The notes beneath the pieces are model-generated. The model did not search any database. It was given only the letters and a program-made list of their open reading frames with translations, and had not been told where the DNA came from. A DNA stretch of 64,000 nt from Octopus vulgaris. Its lineage: Eukaryota. The position numbers were made by a program, and so were the translations under genes. The stretch lies in assembly GCA_951406725.2 (NCBI GenBank), contig OX597814.1, forward strand, positions 7,564,001 to 7,628,000, in the 5' to 3' direction. Positions 37,301 to 46,532 of the stretch are shown one piece after another (within the stretch, counting starts at the first letter, position 1; every line of letters starts with the position of its first letter).

Positions 37301-39845
37301 AAGAATAAATAGATATGGATTCAACTGTAGATATTGTAGTAAAAATGGTGAGTACATATTCTCGAAGTGGCAGCAGTAGTGTCCTCTACCCACCCTTCCT
37401 ATTGTCCTGAGCTGGACAGTCACTCTCCACATTGATTGCTGTTTAGAATCCTTTCTCACACAGAGAGGATGTCATGTTGCTCACACATTCCATGTTTGGC
37501 ATCGTTTCTACTGCCAGGTCCCCTTCCTAACGTCTTCTGCTTTAGAGTAAACCAGGTGTATCTTATTATTGTGGAACCAACACTTTTATTTGGATTGGGA
37601 GGAAGGGTCTGTCCCCATCCATTAATGTTCCTCTTGAACCTTTGTAAATGAAAATATTGCAGGAAAGATAAGAGAAGGGGTGGAATTCCAGAGGGGTAAT
37701 GTTTTGGGGAAGAAGGACTGGGTGTAGTGGTGGGTCGGCAGGACTGGACAGAAATATCAACAAGTGAACACCAGGCCTAGCAATCACCATTCTGAGTGGG
37801 TCAATTATAGATATACTGAGATAATCAATACAGTGTTGTTAACTCTCATTGAAATATTCAATGTCTGCTACGGCCTAGAAATTGGTTAAGGGACATTTAA
37901 TAACTGTACAGAAATCTGATAAACCAGCAGAGGTACCATCACAGAGGTCACTCCATTTAGATATCTCAAACGACCCTCTCTCACTAACTCTTTTATCATC
38001 TTTTGGAATTAGATTTTGATGTGTTTGGTGAATATGGATATGGGGTGAGTAGAAGAGTGGGGTTCCACAAAATGCTACCCAAACAAGTTCAATGGTAAAT
38101 ATTGGCAAGGGACAGGCTCTCCCAATGATAAAACATCATTTCCTGAAACCTGTTTGATGTCACATGGTGTCATGTGATGATGGAATGTCTTAGATTCAAA
38201 GAGATAAGCTCAATATCTCGTGTGACCACTATTAGTGTTGATTACTACCCGGCATCTTCTGCATATTGAATGCACCAAACGATTGATGAAAGCCATGGGG
38301 ATAGCAGCTGACACTCTGTTAAAACCTGCAGTGAGCTGTCTCTGAGTTTTCAGTCTTGGACGGGTGTCATTTAGCCTTCTTTGGGGTTTCATCCCACAGG
38401 TGCTCTATAGGGTTTGAGTCTGGACTGAAGCCAGTGTCTGGATGTTGATGTTGTTGGAGGAAGCCTGTTGTCAACCTGCAGTATGGTCACGGGCATTGTT
38501 ATGTCAGAACACGTAATTCCAACAACAGGCAAAGTATGGCACAATGTGAGGCCTCCAAATTTGGTCAATATAGCAAGCAGCAGTTACTCCATTTCCTCAG
38601 CCTTCACCAATGTTTCAGAAGACCACCAGTTCAGGTTTCTGGTTGAGTGCAATCTTGCCCCTTGCCATGATGCTCTGTCTTCCCTATGAGTATCACTCCA
38701 CCATACAGCCATTGGCATGACATTCCCCCTTCTCCTCCAAATGCCAGCTCTGCTGTCTTCCAGAGAAATGCAATATCGACTTCTGTCAGACAAGACTACA
38801 CTCCTCCACTACTCATGTTGCCAGCTCTGACGTTTTTCAGCTCACTGCAGATGTACCCATCAATAATGATCTGTGAGGATGTGGCTCCTAGCTGGACTTT
38901 GGTGAGTCAAATTGAAAGGTCTCAGCACAAATGGGTCTGTGGTGAGTTCCTATGCTCTGCCTAGCTGATTCCATTGCCCTACAGAATCAGTCCTGCAAGT
39001 GCTGTCGCTGCAGATGACAATCATGACGTGTTGTTATAACCCTTGGTCGGCCACTGTGTGGATGATTATCCATGTTGTTTGTGGCACTATCTCATTCCCT
39101 CAGCCATTCAATTGTCCAAATACTGCAGTTCAAGTCATTAGCAATGACCTATGGACGTTGAACAGTATGGAGACATCCGATGGCTTGCTCCCTCTGATTT
39201 CATGTCAGTCTTGTTACACTTGCTGCATTTGGGAAATGAATGATAGGCTGGAGAACTTGGGTGCCTCTTACACCCAAAAGAGTCGACGTTCTGGCCCTGC
39301 ATCATGCTTTGCATAAAGATGCGTTCGTGAGCATTACCATATTCACGAGAAGTGAGCGAGTTTGAACCCTAAATGCAATCCTTGTGTTTTCAAAAGAGAG
39401 TGGTGTTGTGGGTCAGTGACATCTTCCTGATGTCAAATTACCTAGAATTGTGATAAAATCTATATAATCTCAATGTCGTGAAACAAATAATCTTTTACAG
39501 TGTGATGTGTTTATATTATAACTGTATCAAGGAATTTCCGAAACACTCCAAATATATATATATTTTTTCTTTCTGTTCTTAGGTGGATATGGTAAAGGTG
39601 TCTATTTTGCCAAAAACATCCAATATTCTGCAGATGATAACTATTCTCCTCCTGACCATCACAAAATAAAGAGAATATACCAATGCAGTGTTCTTGTAGG
39701 AAGAATGATACAAGGACACCCAGGATTAAAAGTTTTACAGGATCCTTACAATTCTGCTGTTGATGATATTCAAAGACCCTTTATTTATGTTACTTTCGAT
39801 GACTCTCAAGCATATCCTAATTATTTGATTACATTCTCTAATTGA
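5426..39845 (+). CDS. Spliced macrodomain + ART gene, protein mono-ADP-ribosyltransferase PARP14/PARP15-like (5'-partial): join(5426..5480,24502..24617,24899..25126,25737..25964,30565..30619,36649..36782,37170..37347,39583..39845)
   Basis: Eight AG/GT-bounded exons read by hand. Phases are compatible (0-1,1-0,0-0,0-0,0-1,1-0,0-1,1-stop) and total 1257 nt = 418 aa + TGA. Macro motifs DVIVNSTN and AFPILGAG; PARP motifs LWHGT, YGKGVYFA, QAYPNYLITF. Confidence 0.9.
5545..5817. repeat. (TTA)n microsatellite
   Basis: Long imperfect TTA run. Confidence 0.97.
6030..7190 (+). mobile_element. RTE-clade LINE 3' fragment (internally deleted) with 3'UTR and (GAT)n tail
   Basis: LEVVDSFRYLGD...GRGRPRKTWDEVVKHDL; tail ggaagggcatccagctgtagaaa...cggacgttacatgatgatgat. 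Confidence 0.85.
7195..10870 (-). mobile_element. Long R4/Dong-clade retrotransposon, frameshifted single ORF (N-term, RT, CCHC, RLE), 3'-clipped
   Basis: KAPGHDKIPNFWLK, DYRKAFNS, RRGIFQGDTLSPLLF, HLLYVDDLKLY, CRICG..ETINHIISGC, RHDRVG. Confidence 0.93.
11020..11160. repeat. Compound microsatellite (TTC)n(TTA)n(TAG)n
   Basis: Visible directly; lies at the 3' end of the element at 11161..11730. Confidence 0.95.
11161..11730 (-). mobile_element. R4/Dong-type RLE 3' fragment
   Basis: Minus strand encodes ILWDFDFKT, IIDVAMPGDQ, KVDKYGDLRIEISKMW, VIPIVIGVLGS. Confidence 0.8.
12001..12200 (+). mobile_element. tRNA-derived SINE (family with gagctggcagaat...ttctgagttcaaattc head); copies also at ~14445..14650, 30698..30880, 31515..31700
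   Basis: Four mutually similar copies with B-box-like GAGTTCAAATTC and shared cctttc...aagtaccagt body. Confidence 0.75.
12430..13910 (-). mobile_element. Decayed Penelope-like element (RT + GIY-YIG)
   Basis: ORF 12578..12934 SHLVYAAECTKHNLVYV..TKEQLNKRLNGHR (GIY-YIG). Minus frame near 13560..13640 reads FGQTFYH...PMDTPMAANFANVF (PLE RT motif). Confidence 0.75.
13948..14405 (-). mobile_element. R4/Dong family 3' end (third copy)
   Basis: Matches 1690..2160; (TAA)n at 13922..13947. Confidence 0.88.
15100..15500 (-). mobile_element. RTE-type 3' tail fragments; similar pieces at ~23140..23360, 26100..26230, 34160..34233(+), 41640..41790(+)
   Basis: Share acagctggatgccct...ccaaccact / ggaagggcatccagctgtag motif and (GAT)n tail with 7050..7190. 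Confidence 0.65.
15860..17645 (-). mobile_element. R4/Dong-type RT fragment
   Basis: EQKGCKKSSQGTKDHL, WIDFKKAYD, HLQFMDDLKLF, GGRGLISI. Confidence 0.88.
17673..20500 (-). mobile_element. R4/Dong-type element with internal deletions; 3' end at short (TAA)n
   Basis: NYRPITCLP, WIDYKKAYD, AVNTWAVSLLRY; C-terminus ...KIVLLGRTIVLRRVLGM*. Confidence 0.87.
20590..20670. repeat. (TC)n(TA)n microsatellite
   Basis: Visible directly. Confidence 0.95.
20977..22125 (-). mobile_element. Decayed R4/Dong-type 3' fragment ending at (TAA)n
   Basis: HWKLYEKWGL..KIFWDLSIQIDQVL; VVPIVIGALG; CRICNRVVKTIMHIMNEC. Confidence 0.78.
24502..24617 (+). CDS. PARP14/15-like exon: linker + first macrodomain strands (ETTTSKQESSSMAPRTNVALTKNRGIKIQLMIDSISNAS)
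   Basis: ttttcAG acceptor, GTgagt donor, phase 1-0. IKIQLMIDSI matches the macro beta-strand before the D-I motif. Confidence 0.85.
24899..25126 (+). CDS. PARP14/15-like exon: macrodomain core (VDVIVNSTNERLQLNKGSISNSILNAAG...TKGYNLKCKNVFHLVLPLWD)
   Basis: ttttgtAG/GTaagt, 228 bp open. DVIVN, AAG and T-x-GYNL-x-C-x-x-V-x-H macrodomain signature. Confidence 0.93.
25737..25964 (+). CDS. PARP14/15-like exon: macrodomain C-half (ILANLTQIITICL...AFPILGAGILKYP...IKDVYFVVYPQD)
   Basis: ttttttAG/GTtggt, 228 bp. Overlaps supplied ORF 25749..25973; AFPxLGxG loop. Confidence 0.93.
26450..27260 (-). mobile_element. Highly decayed LINE RT fragment (CR1-like)
   Basis: Degenerate minus-strand RT-like motifs (KVDK, FAD..). 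No intact frame. Confidence 0.35.
27300..28340 (-). mobile_element. RTE-clade LINE internal fragment (linker + RT N-term)
   Basis: RVTWWWNSAVDKAISAKRRAW; MKPGKAPGPSGI..IPNDWRSSTIVNCYKGKGDALDRNNYRGIKLL. Confidence 0.87.
28641..28748 (+). ncRNA. Degenerate minimal type I hammerhead ribozyme (Penelope pLTR type)
   Basis: CTGATGA 28644..28650, A-GCTCCA...TGGAAGC-A, GAAAC AGCC GTA. Stem III is one change from palindromic ACAGCTGT; stem I weak. Confidence 0.5.
29390..30056 (-). mobile_element. RTE LINE 3' fragment, inverted copy of the family at 6030..7190
   Basis: RRLCWYGHVAR...GRGRPMKTWDEVVKHDL plus shared 3'UTR. Confidence 0.87.
30565..30619 (+). CDS. PARP14/15-like exon: macrodomain terminal helix/linker (KFHEYFQGNTTGGSAASS)
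   Basis: ctaacAG/GTaaat, 55 bp, phase 0-1. Bridges 25964 (phase 0) to 36649 (phase 1). Confidence 0.8.
31700..34110 (+). mobile_element. Old, deleted Tx1/L1-clade element related to the copies at 47.6-59.1 kb
   Basis: MVVFRVGCVNVCGLR...NDFRSLDL (APE start); RKLSLKGRAEVASVYI; VCCQHPLSGGLGMAWFLMCRH. Confidence 0.8.
34234..34318. repeat. (GAT)n-(CAT)n perfect inverted trinucleotide repeat
   Basis: About 13 ATG units followed directly by about 14 CAT units. Confidence 0.95.
34320..36460 (-). mobile_element. R4/Dong-type RLE retrotransposon, RT to 3' end, decayed
   Basis: IFQGDSLS, YVDDLKL, DHLISGCKDLAPVEYKSR, ANKPEIVLKD..LLIDVS. Confidence 0.88.
36649..36782 (+). CDS. PARP14/15-like exon: start of ART domain (EPIPDTWSPMEDEELIKIVPVTSGSEYDDIQATFRRNLPSYRIIK)
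   Basis: ctttAG/GTttgt. P-x-x-W-x-x-M and SEY...F motifs typical of the N-end of macro-PARP catalytic domains. Confidence 0.9.
37170..37347 (+). CDS. PARP14/15-like exon: ART domain with HGT motif (IERIQNKTLYQRY...LWHGTT...INRYGFN)
   Basis: tttctacAG/GTgagt; IERIQN, HGT, GFN signatures. Confidence 0.95.
38200..39320 (-). mobile_element. Tc1/mariner (Tc1-like DD34E) transposase pseudogene in the last PARP intron
   Basis: Minus frames: MSDRSRYCISLEDSRAGIWRRRG (FSDES-like), HDNARDH (QxDNAxxH-like), RRCRVVINTNSGHTRY* (Tc1 C-end). TIRs not resolved. Confidence 0.75.
39583..39845 (+). CDS. PARP14/15-like terminal coding exon (GGYGKGVYFAKNIQYS...NSAVDDIQRPFIYVTFDDSQAYPNYLITFSN*)
   Basis: gttcttAG acceptor. 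YGKGVYFA and QAYPxYLITF motifs; TGA at 39843..39845. Confidence 0.95.
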
Positions 39846-39924
39846 AATTAAGACTTTTGTAATGCTTTGAGCTGAGATTGGTAATTCTAAAGCCATTCAC
39901 ATTTCTATCCTTAAAATTATTAAA

Positions 39925-40970
39925 ACTAACACTCTTCAAATTTATAACACTAACAATATTTGAATTTGTAACACAAAACTATTCTGATTCTTCTTTTTTT
40001 ATTCTTTTACTTGTTTCAGTCATTTGACTGTGGCCATACTGGTGCACTGCCTTTAGTCGGGCAAATCAAACCCAGGACTTATTCTTTGTAAGCCTGGTAC
40101 TTATTCTATTGTTCTCTTTTGCCAAACCGTTAGGTTGCGGGGATGTAAACAAACTAGTATCAGTTGTTAAACAATGTTGGGGGGATAAACACAGACACAC
40201 AAACACACACACACACACACATACATACATACATATCCATCTATATAATGTTGGGCTTCTTTCAGTTTCCATCTACCAAATCCATGCACAAGGCTTTGGT
40301 TGGACCAAGGCTATAGTAGAAGACACGTTTGCCCAAGGTGCCACCCAGTGGGACTGAACCTGGAATCACGTGGCTGGTAAGCTAGCAACTTACCACACAG
40401 CCACTCCAGCACCTATTCAAATTTGTAACATTAAAAGCATTCATATGAAAATTATTCACATTTGTGTCAATTAAGATTTGTAACATTAAAACTATTAAAA
40501 AATGTATCACTACCACTTTTCAAAAGAGTAACACTAAAACTTCAAATATGTAATAATTAAACCTATTTGAATTTTTAACGCTAACACTGTTCACATTTGT
40601 AACACTAACACTGTTCAAATTTGTAACAATATAACTATCCAGATTTGTAACACTAACAATATTTGAATTTGTAACACAAAAATTATTGAAATTTGTATCA
40701 CTAACACTATTCAAATTTGTAACATTAAAAGCATTCAGATTTGTAACAGGAAAATTATTCAGATTTGTAACAGGAAAATTATTCAGATTTGTGACATTAA
40801 AACTATTGAAACTTGTATTACTACCACTATTCAAATTTGTAACACTAAAACTATTCAAATTTGTAACAATAACAATATTTGAATTTGTAACAATAAAACT
40901 ATTCAGATTTGTAACAGGAAAACTATTCAGATTTGTAACAGGAAAACTATTCAGATTTCTGATGCTAAAA
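39925..40970. repeat. 24-bp minisatellite (approx. TTCARATTTGTAACAnnAAAACTA) in the putative 3'UTR, interrupted by a SINE
   Basis: Repeated units such as ttcagatttgtaacaggaaaatta. A few units at 39925..39985, main array 40414..40970. Confidence 0.9.
39990..40413 (-). mobile_element. tRNA-derived octopus-type SINE with internal (CA)n; copies at ~42255..42565, 47015..47165 and decayed 53360..53573
   Basis: Minus-strand head GGAGTGGCTGTGTGGTAAG (A-box-like)...GGTTCAGTCCC (B-box-like); multiple similar copies in window. Confidence 0.85.
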
Positions 40971-41029
40971 TAATTGAATATATTTTGACATTTTCCTTTT
41001 TTGTTACATTAAATGTAATTATTGCTTAC

Positions 41030-41035
41030 AATAAA
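41030..41035 (+). promoter_or_regulatory. Candidate polyadenylation signal (AATAAA) of the PARP gene
   Basis: AATAAA just after the UGUA-rich minisatellite; another at 41093..41098. No transcript evidence. Confidence 0.35.
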
Positions 41036-42715
41036 ATGAAGGCTGCAAGTTCAAATCCAGTCAAAGTTCTGTTATTTTGTATTATATTTAAAAATAAAAA
41101 GTTTAAACCAATTTTGAGACTGTCTGCTGATTTTGGAAATGTGATTCTTAGAAGAAAAAGATTCCTTTACGCTTACCAAAACCCCATCCATATGATCAGG
41201 CAGAGCCCAACTGGTAAATATTAAATGCCTGCTATCAGAGAAAATTGGTGGAAAAACCTGTGGAATATTCATACTTAGCATTTTGGAGTGAAATCACCAG
41301 ACCATGGCCAACCTCCTGGTGGTATAATACTGAGGTATTATTGGGATGCACAACACTGTTGCCATTACTTTCACCATCTTTCTTGGAATTCTCAAGTAAT
41401 ATCATGGAAAATGTAGGTTGATTCTCAAAGCATCATTTTGAAAAGCCAGTACAGCTCCCATGTTGCAAAGTGCAATATACACACACACAACACACACACA
41501 CACACACACATACACACACAAACAACACACACACACATCCCCACCCACTGCGGAGTAATGCATATGTAAGCTGAAATGATTGCCGTGCTAAATAGAGCTT
41601 ACAATACATTAAGTCTTCCCTATGAAAGACTTAATGTATTGGTTGGCATTAGGAAGGGCATCCAGCTGTAGAAACACTGCCAGATCAGATTGGAGCCTGG
41701 TGCAGTCTCCTGGCTTCCCAGACCCCATCTGAACCATCCAACCCATGCCAGTATGGAAAACAGTCGTTAAATAATGATGATGATGATGATGTGTGTGTAT
41801 TGAGGAAAGCTGCTTATTAATTAGGTATGTAGTAGTCACTGAAAGAAAGCTATTATTAAAGGCTTGACCATCTTGAATTTTTTTATAAGTTCATGTTCCA
41901 AGAAATTTCCTGTAATTTTGATTTCTGAAGTTTATTCAGTATTTGAACTATGAGATGTTCACAAATTTAAATTTCATTCACTGCAGAGTAGATTTTAAAA
42001 ATAATATCAATTCGTTGCACGCAACATTTTCAGTTTTCATTTGCAACAGTTTCTCACATTCTCTTGCCTCTATTTTCATTAATGATAATTTCCAATTTAT
42101 TCATTTCAAGTTGTTGCAAAATCCACTTTATTCTATATATATAGTGTAAAAAAAATATTTAGTGAATGAATGAATGCTATTACACAAAATAGCTATATAA
42201 CTTTGATGTGTGTTTTTGATAAAATGAATTTTTTTTTCATATACCTACTCTCTTTTCTCTTTTACTCTTTTACTTGTTTCAGTCATTTGACTGCGGCCAT
42301 GCTGGAGCACCACCTTTTAGTACTTATTCTATCGGTCTCTTTTTGCCAAACCACTAAGTGATGGGGACGTAAACACACCAGCATCGGTTGTCAAGCAATG
42401 CTAGGGGGACAAACACAGACACACAAACACACACACATATACATATATATACATATATACGACAGGCTTCTTTCAGTTTCCATCTACCAAATCCACTCAC
42501 AAGGCATTGGTCGGCCCGGGGCTATAGCAGAAGACACTTGCCCAAGATGCCACGCAGTGGGACTTTGTATAATTTACAAAAGAAAAAACATCAAGAAATG
42601 GTTTTGTTGGTATGGCTGTATGGAATGCTTACAATAGAACGCCTTACAATAATAACTATGTGATCGCTGCTATTTCTAGCACACTAAATGTATAAATTAC
42701 TAAAAGAAATATCTA

Positions 42716-43760
42716 CTAAGCAAGAGAAATTTTTTTATCAATTGAAGTTTTCAGGAAAATTTGCAGTAAATATTTTGTATAAGACCCATTTGTACCTTGG
42801 TGTGAAATAATATTTTTCCACAGGTTTTTTAATGTGTATTTAATGTATCCGACCTCCAAACCCACTGCAAAACAACCAAGAGGAACTCCCATTCCTAGAC
42901 ATACTGGTTTTAAAAAGATACACAAAAAATAGAAAGGGACATATTTTACAAAAATACAGACATTAAACAATACCTATTATTTAGCTTGTGCCACCCAAGA
43001 CATATTAAAACAAATATTCCCTTCAACCCTGCAAGAAGGATTTGCACCATAGTGATGGAAAAAATACCAAAGAACTAAGACTGCAAGAGCTTAAAAATGT
43101 ACACTACCCAATTCTGCTCATAGGTGATGGGATTAAACATGTAAAATTGATTGACATAAAAACATTAAGGAAAGTCGCACACCTACTCTAAAAATACTAA
43201 CCTATATATCCATACACAACCCCAGAAACAATGAAGCATTTAAAATCTCCCAATACTCCATAAGGGCCCCAAACTGAAGGAAATTCTGCATATATATAAG
43301 ATCATTAAAAGCAATAAACAATCAAAGACATTAAAGAAGATCGTCACAAATGCTAAATTATTCTCAAGAATAACAGACACAGGAGTAAAAAAAATGCAGA
43401 ACATGTTTCAATCTTTTGGAAGGATCAGAATTCCAGTTTAAACAAGGGCAAAAATTCAAAATTAAATCCGATTTCTCTCGCACCTCCCAAAACCTTCTTT
43501 ATGTCACCAGAAGCTGGGGCTGCCATAAAAACTATACAGTTTCCGCAGGGATGGCTCTTAGACGTGGATGTACAGTCCACAGGCAATAGATTTGTTCCCC
43601 ACAACATAGCCAGATACATTTCAGTGAACCCATTGACAGATGTGCAGAACAACTGCAACCACAATTCTTTATCTTCCCATTATATCAATGTGCTCTTTGG
43701 ACCTTAACACAAATGTAACTAAATTAAGGGGGCTCATTTAGTGAAGAAATATAAGCAAGA
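42716..43760 (+). mobile_element. Decayed Penelope-like element (RT thumb + GIY-YIG on +, inverted RT piece at 42716..42950 on -)
   Basis: + : TDIKQYLLFSLCHPRHIKTNIPFNPARRICTIV; DFSRTSQNLLYVTRSWGCHKNY...VHRQ. - : LGMGVPLGCFAVGLEVGYIK. Confidence 0.7.
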
Positions 43761-44904
43761 ACTAAATATAAGTCCATATTGAAAATTATACAAGTGCAAC
43801 TAAATATAAAGAGGCCTCATTTTTCTTGAAAATATAAGCCAGAACTGAATATAAATTACAGAATTACCTCCCCTTTACTCAAAATACCTTAGTTACCAAT
43901 TATCCACCATTTAACAAACAAAATTTCTCCTTTCATAATGCATTTAATACTCAAAATTTGAAAAACTACAGTGAAACCAGTTGTTTTATAGGGGAAAAAA
44001 AATCTTATTTTGTATATTATTCTATAATACTTTTACCACAGTTTCATGAAACAAATCTGTGTTTTTTCATCTTATTTCTTTCCTTGTATATTCAATCATG
44101 TGTAATCACTAACCATGCATTCTCATATATATATTAATACAGTGTACATTTAAACACATAAGAGATGGCCATAACAGGACATCTGACTCACTAGATATAT
44201 ATATATTTGTAAAATATAACATGTCTTGAATAGCACAACAATGCAGAGTGGACTATAATAAATGTTATAATTGATATGAAAATTCATAGTCTGATATAAT
44301 ATTTTGGAATATAAAAATTCCTTCTTCATATGTCACTAATAATTAATAAGAATTTTGTCCCCAATTAATAAGTATTATGCCTACTCATAATAAGTGATAG
44401 ATTTTTCTCTAAATTGAATAAATTTTAGATCTATAATTTCTCCTTTAATCCAATGTATCAAAATACTCAAAACCTATAAAGTTGATGTATATAAGTTTTT
44501 TAAAAAATCTCTGCTTTCTCTATGAGTGGTCATTATAATCATTATAACCATTTGACACTAACCTAGTTTTCCCAATGCTAAATCTGTTTACCAAATAGTA
44601 GTAAAAGGCATCTGTAGTGTGACAACCCTTTTCTCTCTACCTCAATTTCTTTATATGGAACTTTGACATCTATTTAACCCCTATTTCTATAAATAGAAAA
44701 TCTTTCTTGTCTCCTTTCGATTGTTCATTCTTCTCAAAACCTTCTAGCAGTTCAAAGCAACTGAATAGTCTTCAGTCAGTTGATAAACTCCACTACCTTA
44801 AATGTTCTTAAAATTTAAATCCACATCTTTGTCTATATATCTACCTTCTCTATAATGTTATCACTTAATATGAAAATTATGTATTAATGGAAAACCTCTA
44901 TTAA

Positions 44905-44988
44905 TGGCTGATGAGTGCTCAGCATCTTAAAACTGTTGTAATACTTACAACATTTAATGAAATGATGCAGTGTGAAACGATTGTACCA
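44905..44988 (+). ncRNA. Degenerate minimal type I hammerhead ribozyme
   Basis: TGG-CTGATGA(44908..44914)-GTGCT.AGCATC...GATGC-AGTGT-GAAA-CGATT-GTA-CCA. Stem I TGG/CCA; stem III one transition from palindrome ACGATCGT. Confidence 0.6.
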
Positions 44989-45121
44989 AATTACTGAAGT
45001 TATTCTTGTTGCGTATTTTGATTATAATCACTCCATGGATTTATATGGATAACACCATGAAAAATTCTGGTGCATCTTAACTTAGGTACCATATTCATTT
45101 AAATCTAAATTTTGCTGAACT

Positions 45122-46196
45122 TATATATATATATAAATTAGAAAAAAAGCACCTTTTATCAATTCAATAATAAAAAATTGAAATATACCATTTAGAAAAT
45201 TACATATTATAGAAAGATTAAATATAAGATAAAACATATAACAATGATTAGGTAATGTGCAAAATAATAAATAAAACGTATATATTAAATTTATATATAA
45301 TTTCTTGATAATTATTAGTTATGATATGTATATCTATTTATTTATTATGCTTTATTATTATTTTTATGTGTTTTAACGTATTACATATAATTTAATTCGA
45401 GAATTAGTTTTGTAAGACAATATATTATTTAATAGTTAGGCGGTCTATTTATTACGTAGTATTACATTTAAGTAAATTAGTTTAATGTTAATTGATATTT
45501 TGGTCAACTATATAATTGAGTAAAATATTAAATCTATAGATACTACATATATATATATTAATAATATTGTTAGTTTATCTAATAGGTGAGTATATATTTG
45601 AACCATTTCCTATTTTTAATTCCAATATTTATAGCTTGTACTAGCATTAATTAACATTAAGGTTTTTTAATATAAATTACTTAATGAGTATAAGATTTTA
45701 TTTAGTTGTTTATTAAATAACATAAATTAATTAATAATTTAATTTAATGTATATAGATTAAATTATAGTATTTAGTTTTCACTTAATGTATATTTTGTAT
45801 CTTATTTTAATTAATTGTATCTTATTTTTTTACAAGAATATATTTAAGATATTTCGTATTTTACAAGATTATTTACGTATATTTATTAATTTATCTAATT
45901 AATTATTGTTGTTATCTTTAACCTGAAGAGTGGCTATATTCATATTGAAGTGATTTTATTACTGCTACTATTATTTTTACTATTATCATTTCTTATATAT
46001 AGCCACGAAACACATGTCGTTATTCTACCAAATATATACGTTTTATTTATTATTTTGCACATTACTTAATCATTGTTATATGTTTTATCTTATATTTAAT
46101 CTTTGTATAATATGTAATTTTTCTAAATGGTATAATTTAATTTTTCATTATTGAATTGATAAAAGGTGTTTTTTTTTCTCTAATTTATATATATAT
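45122..46196. mobile_element. AT-rich non-autonomous unit with ~165-bp inverted arms (45122..45286 / 46031..46196), probably Penelope pLTR-derived
   Basis: Arms are reverse complements with few mismatches; flanked by (TA)n; contains a hammerhead. Confidence 0.8.
45919..46022 (+). ncRNA. Minimal type I hammerhead ribozyme with intact core
   Basis: Stem I TAAC/GTTA; CTGAAGA 45923..45929; perfect 10-bp stem II GTGGCTATAT/ATATAGCCAC; GAAA 46007..46010; stem III containing palindrome ACATGT; GUC cleavage triplet 46016..46018. Confidence 0.85.
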
Positions 46197-46267
46197 TATA
46201 TATTGTGAAATTTGATTTGATAATTCTAAATTGAATTTTTCCCTGTAAGTTTGGAGTAATATTCCCT

Positions 46268-46270
46268 CAT

Positions 46271-46301
<31 letters not shown>

Positions 46302-46313
46302 TTATTATTATTA

Positions 46314-46407
<94 letters not shown>

Positions 46408-46494
46408 GTATGTATATATATATATGTATGTATATATATGTGTGTATGTATGTATATATATATATTATATACACTCACACATATAAATACATAC

Positions 46495-46530
<36 letters not shown>

Positions 46531-46532
46531 AT
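46268..46532. repeat. (TTA)n/(TA)n/(TATG)n compound microsatellite
   Basis: Visible directly. Confidence 0.95.

Noticed and set aside
40414-40970. CRISPR-like appearance of regularly spaced repeats
   Set aside because: Units are contiguous with no unique spacers, no cas genes, and the DNA is eukaryotic.
40520-40973. ORFs on both strands with 8-aa repeats (VTNLNNFP / FRFVTGKL)
   Set aside because: Expected by-product of a 24-bp minisatellite. No splice or start context, and it lies just after the PARP stop codon.
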